A DNA stretch of 64,000 nucleotides from the NCBI GenBank assembly GCA_018901755.1, contig JAHIDZ010000021.1, positions 2,467 through 66,466 of the forward strand. Reading direction: 5' to 3'. Source of the DNA: Nanobdellota archaeon. GTDB taxonomy: Archaea > Aenigmatarchaeota > Aenigmatarchaeia > Aenigmatarchaeales > Aenigmatarchaeaceae. A program made the position numbers and the translations under genes. This document shows, piece by piece, positions 54,447-62,193 of the stretch; positions within the stretch are counted from its first letter, which is position 1, and every line of letters begins with the position of its first letter. The notes beneath the pieces were generated by a model. That model did no database searches. It was not told the origin of the DNA and saw only the letters and a program-made list of their open reading frames with translations.

Positions 54447-55391
54447 CTAAAATATCCAGTCACTATCGAAATATATCCTTTTCGGAACTAAAAATGGTAA
54501 GTTGTTTCCAACAATTACACCTAACTTAGACACTGCCTTTGATGTAAATATTCTTGGTTCGAAAAATTCTTTTAATCCGCGATTATATTTATCTATATCT
54601 GGGAAACATTCAACAAGCATCTTAGCAGACTGAAGCGCCCATATGATTCCTCCTCCTGAGTGAGGTTTTGCAAGCCCTGATGCATCACCTGCTAAAACTA
54701 TTTTACTACTTTTCACCTGAACCAATCCTTCTGGAACCAATGATGATAATCGTTTAGCTTTACCTTTGTATATTTTATTGAACTCGCTAGTTGCATATCG
54801 TGGATCTGCCAAAACACCAATTTCTACTCTTTTACCACGTGGTATTTTCCAAGCAAACCCAGTTTTAATTGGCCATGTTTCAACAACAGATGATTTGCTG
54901 TTCTTATCATTATCATAAGCATAAATGCCTAATCTGAAACTTGGATCTTTGGCTTTCAGTTGATGCCTAACTAAAGAATTTGGGCCGTCTGCACCAATCA
55001 CGTAATCAAATTCGTATTTTTTGCCTTTAGAAATTATAACTGGTCTATCTCCATCTATCACTCTATCAACTGGTGAATTAAGCAATATTTTTGCTTTTCC
55101 TAATGATACCACATATCTATCTAACTTATCGTGGTCGAGAACTATCATCTTAGGATCTAACATTAAATCTATGGTTTTCTTAGGAAAATGTATTTTTATT
55201 GTATCTATTTGATTTGTGATAAGTTTTGTATTCTTCGGTATGAAATCCCATAACCTTTCTGAAATAAGACCAGAACAAACCTCTTTCCCTACACGGTTTC
55301 TAGCTTCAAAAACTGTTACATCGTGTTTCTTTGAAAGTTGCCATGAAATATATGCTCCAGCTATCCCACAACCGACGATGCCAATCTTCAT
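54447..55391 (-). CDS. Geranylgeranyl-reductase-family FAD-dependent oxidoreductase (short form)
   Basis: MKIGIVGCGIAGAY is the dinucleotide-binding start, and GDASGLAKPHSGGGI is the GGR-type motif. 314 aa. Confidence 0.7.
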   Translation of the reverse strand: MKIGIVGCGIAGAYISWQLSKKHDVTVFEARNRVGKEVCSGLISERLWDFIPKNTKLITNQIDTIKIHFPKKTIDLMLDPKMIVLDHDKLDRYVVSLGKAKILLNSPVDRVIDGDRPVIISKGKKYEFDYVIGADGPNSLVRHQLKAKDPSFRLGIYAYDNDKNSKSSVVETWPIKTGFAWKIPRGKRVEIGVLADPRYATSEFNKIYKGKAKRLSSLVPEGLVQVKSSKIVLAGDASGLAKPHSGGGIIWALQSAKMLVECFPDIDKYNRGLKEFFEPRIFTSKAVSKLGVIVGNNLPFLVPKRIYFDSDWIF

Positions 55392-55441
55392 AACATCTAT
55401 TTATAGAGTGGGTTTATAAATTTTAATTTGTAGTGTTATTT

Positions 55442-56266
55442 ATGAAAAAAGACACAATGCAATTACTAATACCAATTATAATACTGGCAATGTGTGTATC
55501 ATACTTACTGATACAGCCTGGCGGACTTAGTTTGGATGTTGATTTTAAAGGTGGAACGCAAATTGTTATCGAATCGTCGCAAGCATTTGATACAACTTCT
55601 ATGGAAAATATTTTAAAGCAATATGAAGTAACTATACGAGTTGCTAAAGGTCTTAGCAGCTATTCAACAATGATAGATTTTGACGCTAGCATCGATCAAA
55701 CTGAAGTTGTAAACACATTAAAAGAAAATGGATTTGTATTTGAAAAATATTCTGTACAATCAGTGAGTCCGATTTTAAGTGCTTCATTCTTTTCTCAAGC
55801 TATCATGGTTTTAATAGTCTCTTTCGTATTCATGTCACTTGTTATATTATACATATTCAAATCTCCAGTCATATCTGCATACATCGCAATATCTCCTGCT
55901 ATTTCGATAATAGAAACATTAGCAATAACACAAATGTTAGGTATCAAATTATCAATGGCTGGATTTGCTGCGCTAATTATGATTGTTGGCTATTCTGTTG
56001 ACGGTGATGTTATCATCGCTACGCGAGCGCTGAAAAGAACAGATATTACAATGAATGAACGATTTAAAGCAAGTTTTAAAACAAGTTTAACTATGCAAAT
56101 CACAACAATTGCAGCACTTACTGCACTTTTAATTTTCTCAGTATCTGGAGTAATAACAACAATCGCAATTTATTTATTAATTGGTTTGATACTTGATTTG
56201 CAAAATACATGGCTATTGAATGCAAACCTACTAAGACGTTATATCGATAAGAAAGGTGTAAAGTAA
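55442..56266 (+). CDS. secF: Protein-export membrane protein SecF
   Basis: DFKGGTQIV and the C-terminal six-helix bundle. ATG 55442 is preferred over the GTG at 55433. Confidence 0.8.
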   Translation: MKKDTMQLLIPIIILAMCVSYLLIQPGGLSLDVDFKGGTQIVIESSQAFDTTSMENILKQYEVTIRVAKGLSSYSTMIDFDASIDQTEVVNTLKENGFVFEKYSVQSVSPILSASFFSQAIMVLIVSFVFMSLVILYIFKSPVISAYIAISPAISIIETLAITQMLGIKLSMAGFAALIMIVGYSVDGDVIIATRALKRTDITMNERFKASFKTSLTMQITTIAALTALLIFSVSGVITTIAIYLLIGLILDLQNTWLLNANLLRRYIDKKGVK

Positions 56267-57987
56267 TGGATCTAAAAATATTTAAAAATTGGAGAATATT
56301 ATTAATGGTTTTCTGTTTAATACTTGCAATTATAGCAATAAATCCTATAGGTCACACTGGTGTTGTTATTAAATCTATTGATCAAGATTCTCCTTTCTAT
56401 GGAAAGGTTTTACCTGGTGAAAAAATAAATTGGGCAAATGAAAAAACTATTAGCAAAATTTCAGATTTCGACGAATTCCAGAATTTTACTGGTGTATTTA
56501 GATTCATGCACAATGACAAATTAGATCTTGTAAATATTGAGACACCTGGACTTGGAATTAGATTTGTAGAAAAAACTGGAAGCAATATTCAACTTGGTAT
56601 GGATCTTGTAGGCGGTACACGAGTTCTGTTAGAACCTACGGAAAATGTTACAGATGAAATAATACAACAGACTAAGATAGCTCTTGAAACAAGAATTAAT
56701 ACTTATGGGCTTGCTGAAGTTATTATTCAGCCAATTAAAGACATTAACGGTAAACAATATATTCAAATTGAAATGGCTGGAGGTTCACGACAAGAAATAG
56801 AAGATTTACTTTCTAAACAAGGTAAATTTGAAGGAAGAATACCTATGGTTGTTGCATTTGAAAGTGGTTCAGGCGTATTGAAAATTGGTGGTAATGAATA
56901 TAGTGTAATTTATCATAACACAACAATTGAATTAAATAATCAATATTTATCTTATAATGAAACTTTCAAATTAAATAACATTGATTTTAAATTAGAAAAT
57001 TTCACTTCTAAAGGAGCTGTATTCATATCAACTGTATTCAGAGGAGATGATATAACTAGCGTCTGTATGCAGAACAATCCAGGAATATGTACATCTACTC
57101 TAACGCAACAGAGTACTGGTTGGCAATTCATGTTCCAAATTTTCTTAACTGAAAAAAGTGCTGAAAAATTCGCAGCAATAACACAAAATATGAAATCTCT
57201 TGTTGATCCTAACAGTGGTGAATCATATCTTGAATCTAGAATATATTTATATTTAGATAATAACGAAATAACTAATTTAGGAATTGCTGCTGATCTTGCT
57301 GGTAAAGCACTAACACAACCAGTCATAACTGGTGGAAGTAAATTAAAAGAAGATGCACTAAATGAAAAATTAAAATTACAAAGTATACTAAAATCTGGGG
57401 CACTTCCAGTTGGTGTAAAAATAATTAGGGCAGATGATATTTCTCCTTCACTTGGTAAAGAATTTGCAGATTCAACAATTAAAACATCTATAATTGCGCT
57501 GCTTGCAGTTGCTATCGTTATTTTCTTAAGATATAAAAAATTCAAAATACTTATACCGATGATGATATGGTCGGTTGCTGAACTTATACTAACTCTTGGT
57601 GTGGCTTCGTCAATACATTGGACATTAGATATGGCATCTATTGCTGGTTTGATTGCTGCAATCGGTACTGGTACTAACGATCAAATCATGATTATAGATG
57701 AGATAATGCTTGGGCAGAAAGAAAAAATCTATACATTAAAACAAAAAGTTAAGAAATCGTTTGGAATAATATTCAGCGCGGCAGCAACAATCATAGCTGC
57801 TATGTTACCACTATTCTTCGTTGGAATCGGTGTTATGAAAGGTTTCGCAATAACTACAACAATCGGTATCTTAATCGGTGTATTCATAACTAGAACCGCA
57901 TTTGCTACAGTTATGGAATATGTTCTTGAAAAAGAATTGAATAAACCAGATAAACCAATTGAAAATAAAACAGTTGTACCTAAATAG
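56266..57987 (+). CDS. secD: Protein-export membrane protein SecD
   Basis: LGMDLVGGTRVLL, a large periplasmic-type loop and the C-terminal helix bundle. The start overlaps the secF stop (TAATG). Confidence 0.8.
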   Translation: MDLKIFKNWRILLMVFCLILAIIAINPIGHTGVVIKSIDQDSPFYGKVLPGEKINWANEKTISKISDFDEFQNFTGVFRFMHNDKLDLVNIETPGLGIRFVEKTGSNIQLGMDLVGGTRVLLEPTENVTDEIIQQTKIALETRINTYGLAEVIIQPIKDINGKQYIQIEMAGGSRQEIEDLLSKQGKFEGRIPMVVAFESGSGVLKIGGNEYSVIYHNTTIELNNQYLSYNETFKLNNIDFKLENFTSKGAVFISTVFRGDDITSVCMQNNPGICTSTLTQQSTGWQFMFQIFLTEKSAEKFAAITQNMKSLVDPNSGESYLESRIYLYLDNNEITNLGIAADLAGKALTQPVITGGSKLKEDALNEKLKLQSILKSGALPVGVKIIRADDISPSLGKEFADSTIKTSIIALLAVAIVIFLRYKKFKILIPMMIWSVAELILTLGVASSIHWTLDMASIAGLIAAIGTGTNDQIMIIDEIMLGQKEKIYTLKQKVKKSFGIIFSAAATIIAAMLPLFFVGIGVMKGFAITTTIGILIGVFITRTAFATVMEYVLEKELNKPDKPIENKTVVPK

Positions 57988-58041
57988 TATAATAAGCATT
58001 TAACCTTTTAGTTTGATTATTGCACAGGCAATGTTTGGTAT

Positions 58042-59286
58042 CTATTTGTACATTCTCGGTTTTGAATTACTGTATATCCAATGATCTACTAAACTCTGTT
58101 TGACGCCCAATTCTTTAGATATTCTAGGTGAGCCCCATCCGGTTTTTTGTCTTAAATCTATAGCTTTGTCGTACATCTTAACTTTTCCATTTTCTATTTT
58201 AATTGCACGCTTCAAAATAACCATCATATTTTCAAATGCCTTGGCCTTATTTGAAGCATAAAGTGCTGGTAACTCATTATGAAGTTTTAGAACATTTATT
58301 TGGTTCGACAATATACGAAATCCGAACCTGTTTTTATCGTACATTTCCCTAACATCACTTATCTGTACACCAAAACTTTCCATACCTCTTTTAAATTCTT
58401 CTAAAAACTTAATATGTGATATTATATATTTATGTTTAGTCATATGAAAAGCGATGGTAGAAGATGTAGCATTTTTGCCACTTTCTAATTTTGGTGTTGA
58501 TATTTCTGACCACAATAAACCTCTACAAAAGTTTCTTAAAATCTCTTCATTAAGCCAAACCCATTTCGGGAACTCATATTTGGCTATTGTCTTTTTTCCT
58601 TTTGGAACTCCTAAACTATATAACAAATGAACGAATGGACTATGAGAAATTTGTAATTCATACCCAACTCCGCATATCCTTCCTTTCTTAGTTATATGAT
58701 CAGTAGATATTTCTCTAATTGTTCCTATTTTATTCAAGTAAATTTCGCATTCTCTGTTGATTGCTTCGAGATCCTGTTTTGTGCCACCAAAACTAACGCT
58801 TTTTAGATCTTTTCTTAGGTGGCCGTCGCCAAAAACAAAACCACAAATACCTGCTAACCACAGGTTTCTTTTTGTTGGTTTTACTATGAATGGTAAAAAG
58901 TTTAATTTTTTGAGTCTTATTACGGATCGAATTGGTATTGGTGCATTATCTCTATTAAACCAATTTTGCAGTCTTGATTTCGGAATGTTTAGTTGTTTTG
59001 ATATGCGTTCATTAGATATTTGTGGGCTTCTACTTCTGTTTAACCAAGAATAAACCATGTAACGAGATATGTTTAGTCTCGCTGCTACTTCTTTCTGTTT
59101 GACTCCCCGTTTAATAAATTTGTCGACTAGTTCTAATTTTGTTTTATTTTCATCCTCTAGTTTCTTCCTAAGAACTTTTGCCTTCAAATATTGAAAACTT
59201 CTGATCTGTGTATCTCTAGAATAGGTTTTAATTATATTTTCGTCATCAACGAAAATCATATTTTTCGAATTATTTAATGTTTTCAT
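58042..59286 (-). mobile_element. Free-standing LAGLIDADG-type homing-endonuclease-like gene with three HTH modules
   Basis: 414 aa. The LAGLIDADG-like helices are LWLAGICGFVFGDGHL and LRNFCRGLLWSEIS. The HTH-like units are QKEVAARLNISRYMVYSWLNR, ISKQLNIPKSRLQNWFNR and ISKELGVKQSLVDHWIYS. Confidence 0.65.
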
Positions 59287-59349
59287 AAATATTTATAATA
59301 TCATTAAACGTATTTAATAACCATGTTACTAAAAACATCGAGTTATAAA

Positions 59350-59700
59350 TTAAACCTTTTTATTCTTTCCGCTTAGTTTTAAAATACTTTCCGCTATATC
59401 GCCAGTCTCTTCCAATACATTGCGTGCTATGTCTTCAGTTACGCCAGTCTGTTCCATTACCATCTTTGCATCTTCTTCAGAAAAACGCTCTGCTGGTTTA
59501 TCTTCAGACTTCTCAGAAACTTCTCCTGTTATTTGGAATGTTTCCTGCCCACCCATCTTTATTTTCATAACTTCTGGATTTTTAATTATTATCTGTTTAG
59601 AACCTGATTTAATTATAACTTCATCTGCTTCTACTTTCTGATTCTGTATACCCATCTGTTTCATCATTTTTTCTATTTGCTTTTGATTCATTGATAGCAT
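59350..59700 (-). CDS. nac: Nascent polypeptide-associated complex protein (archaeal NAC, NAC + UBA domains)
   Basis: 116 aa. The NAC domain is VIIKSGSKQIIIKNPEVMKIKMGGQETFQITGE. The UBA-like C-terminus is EEDAKMVMEQTGVTEDIARNVLEETGDIAESILKL. Confidence 0.85.
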   Translation of the reverse strand: MLSMNQKQIEKMMKQMGIQNQKVEADEVIIKSGSKQIIIKNPEVMKIKMGGQETFQITGEVSEKSEDKPAERFSEEDAKMVMEQTGVTEDIARNVLEETGDIAESILKLSGKNKKV

Positions 59701-59747
59701 AAATCTAATTTGTAGAGAAAGTATAAAAAGGTTTTATTTTTCAAAAA

Positions 59748-59993
59748 TTATGTTCGCATTATTTCCATTGAATTTCTTTCAGAAATCATATCAAATGGAA
59801 ATGGTAAATAGTATGGTGCATATGCACGCAGTCTTGGGAAAGATTCTCCTCTTTCCTCTCTGATCCGAATTTCTTTTTTTAACTGACTTTTTGTATTTGG
59901 GCCTAAACAATAAGCATGTGTTTTGATTCCGTAGTACGCTATTTCTGTCAATGCTATTGTACATAGCAGTGTTCCTTCAGTTAAAGTAACCAT
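59748..59993 (-). CDS. Hypothetical protein
   Basis: 81-aa ORF with no overlap with neighbours. No family was recognised. Confidence 0.35.
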   Translation of the reverse strand: MVTLTEGTLLCTIALTEIAYYGIKTHAYCLGPNTKSQLKKEIRIREERGESFPRLRAYAPYYLPFPFDMISERNSMEIMRT

Positions 59994-60075
59994 AAATATA
60001 ATATCGTAGGAAAGGATTTAAATAACAATTCACTCCACAAATAGGGTTTAAATCTCTTTCTGTCGTAAATTTGTT

Positions 60076-60543
60076 ATGCGATATCCTATAGATGAAGACT
60101 TCAGAGCTATGGAAAAAATTGGTAGAAAAGTAGCAAGTGACCTAGATTTAAAAGTAAAATATGATGAAAAGGTTACACTTTACAAAAAGTTCATTAAATT
60201 ACTTGAAGGTGGTTCTAAAACACACACAATGAAATTCCACCAAGAAAATGGCCAAGATGTCATAAAACTTCCAATAGATAGAAAATTACCGTTATTAAGA
60301 AAAGAATTACAAAACGGACCTAATAATAGAGGTAATGTTCGCTGGGTTGGAGAAATTGTATTTGATTATATTGATGTTACACAATGGGGCTATGTTACCA
60401 AAAAGGATGCTATTAGTGATGGATTCAAAAGTAAGAAAACATTTATTTCTGGAACAGAATCTTTAGCTAAAGATAGAGGATTTAATTTAACTCCTAAAAG
60501 TAATATTTCATTCTATCATATAGAAGATATTATTTGGGGGTAG
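60076..60543 (+). CDS. ASCH/PUA-like domain protein (tentative)
   Basis: 155 aa. KLLEGGSKTHTMKF resembles the ASCH G.KT.E.R strand and YVTKKDAISDGF the C-terminal part. The match is weak. Confidence 0.4.
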   Translation: MRYPIDEDFRAMEKIGRKVASDLDLKVKYDEKVTLYKKFIKLLEGGSKTHTMKFHQENGQDVIKLPIDRKLPLLRKELQNGPNNRGNVRWVGEIVFDYIDVTQWGYVTKKDAISDGFKSKKTFISGTESLAKDRGFNLTPKSNISFYHIEDIIWG

Positions 60544-60599
60544 ATTACTCCACGTATGGGTAAACACAATTTATACTAAACTAACTCTTTCAATTTTCT

Positions 60600-61796
60600 G
60601 TGTTAGATATCATCATCGCAATAGTTGCAGGGCTGGTTTTTGGTGTAGTGGCCGGATTGCTTCCTGGTCTACATCCAAATAACACAATACCGATTATACT
60701 CGGCTTAACATCATTTCTCTCTCCGCTTCAAGCAAGCGTTCTACTCATATCAACCGGTGTATCAAATATATTTGTAAACTTCATTCCGTCTGTATTATTA
60801 GGCGCGCCAGAAGACTCTAACGTATTAGGCGTTTTACCTGGTCATCGATTACTTCTTGAAGGAAAAGGATTTGAAGCAATAAAATTATCTGTAATGGGTG
60901 CATTCTTTGGCATGATGTTTTCAATCGCCGTACTTCCATTGTTCGCATTGTTCATATCAACTGTCTATGAATTCATTCGACCAAATGTTCACTATATTCT
61001 TATTCCGATTGTAATCTATATGATAGCTAAAGAAAAAGGATATGGAAAAGTATTTGCGATTCTAACTTTCTTTTTATCTGGTCTGCTCGGGATTTTAGTT
61101 TTAGACTATTCAGACGCAATGCTATTTCCACTACTATCAGGATTATTTGGTATGCCCACTCTTCTGATATCTATTACAAGTAAAACGTCGTTACCTAAGA
61201 AATTTGAAGATACTGACATAACTATGAAAAATAAAGATTTAATTAAAGCATCTGTTATTGGGAGTCTTAGTGGAATTATTGCTGGATTACTACCAGGTTT
61301 AGGAGCGGCACAATCGACAGCTCTCACACAACAAGTGTTTAAAGAAAATGACGGACGTAAATTTCTAGTGTCTATCGGCGCTGTGGCAAGTTCTGATTTA
61401 ATTTATTCAATTATGGCTCTTTATCTTATTGGCAATCCACGTTCTGGAATAGCAGTTGCTGTGTCGACTTTAATGGAAGTTGGATTTAACGAAGTGTTAT
61501 TATTTCTTTCTATAATTCTAGCTGTCTCTGGAATTAGCGTTGTAATAACATTAAAGATGACCAAATTCTGTTTGCAGATTATGAGAAAAGTAGATTACCA
61601 AATGTTGTGCGCGTCAACAATGGCTCTAATATTTATTATGATTTTTATTTTCTCTGGTCTAATCGGTTTAATTGTTTCAATCATAGCAATGTGCATTGGG
61701 CTAATTCCAAATTATACAAACGTAAGAAGAACACATTCAATGGGATGTTTATTACTTCCAACAATACTTTGGTTCGCTGCGATTCGATTAATTTAA
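60600..61796 (+). CDS. TctA/DUF112-family permease
   Basis: 398 aa and polytopic. It has duplicated GLLPGLHPN / GLLPGLGAAQSTAL motifs. GTG start. Confidence 0.65.
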   Translation: MLDIIIAIVAGLVFGVVAGLLPGLHPNNTIPIILGLTSFLSPLQASVLLISTGVSNIFVNFIPSVLLGAPEDSNVLGVLPGHRLLLEGKGFEAIKLSVMGAFFGMMFSIAVLPLFALFISTVYEFIRPNVHYILIPIVIYMIAKEKGYGKVFAILTFFLSGLLGILVLDYSDAMLFPLLSGLFGMPTLLISITSKTSLPKKFEDTDITMKNKDLIKASVIGSLSGIIAGLLPGLGAAQSTALTQQVFKENDGRKFLVSIGAVASSDLIYSIMALYLIGNPRSGIAVAVSTLMEVGFNEVLLFLSIILAVSGISVVITLKMTKFCLQIMRKVDYQMLCASTMALIFIMIFIFSGLIGLIVSIIAMCIGLIPNYTNVRRTHSMGCLLLPTILWFAAIRLI

Positions 61797-62189
61797 TTTT
61801 GATAATTTTTTACAAAGATCTTCAACTGTATCAAATTTAATTATTTTATCTGAAATTTGTTCAATTAGTTCTGAGCGCACACCGTTCTTAATTGCTAAAA
61901 AGATTTTCTTTCCTTTAGCAACTGCATAACCAACCTCAACCAATATTTCTTCATTTTTCTTATTTGATTTAATAAAAACTAAAACTGCCTCATAGTTGTC
62001 TATTTCCTTCATTGTATCCAAATAACTCTGTTTTCTTGTAAATTTATTTTTCTTATAATATTTTTCTTTTGACAATGAACAAAAACATATATGTTTGGCT
62101 TTCTCTAATGAAGCTATAATTTTATTACATATTTTCTCCAATTTTACTATTTCCTCTCCAGTAAATCGATATATTAAAAATATTTTCAT
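61788..62189 (-). CDS. Nucleoside 2-deoxyribosyltransferase-like small Rossmann protein
   Basis: 133 aa from the internal ATG 62189 (MKIFLIYRFTGE .. AVLVFIKSN..ILVEVGYAVAKGKKIFL). The longer track ORF (to 62327) would overlap the polB 3' end. The gene begins 5 nt after the polB stop. Confidence 0.5.
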   Translation of the reverse strand: MKIFLIYRFTGEEIVKLEKICNKIIASLEKAKHICFCSLSKEKYYKKNKFTRKQSYLDTMKEIDNYEAVLVFIKSNKKNEEILVEVGYAVAKGKKIFLAIKNGVRSELIEQISDKIIKFDTVEDLCKKLSKLN

Positions 62190-62193
62190 GTCA

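Noticed and set aside
56952-57545. 197-aa minus-strand ORF inside secD
   Set aside because: It is fully antisense to a well-supported secD frame and has low-complexity Ser/Leu/Phe composition. The same reasoning applies to 53330-53803 (antisense to the flippase), 9699-10139, 62669-63040 and the other short antisense ORFs in the track.
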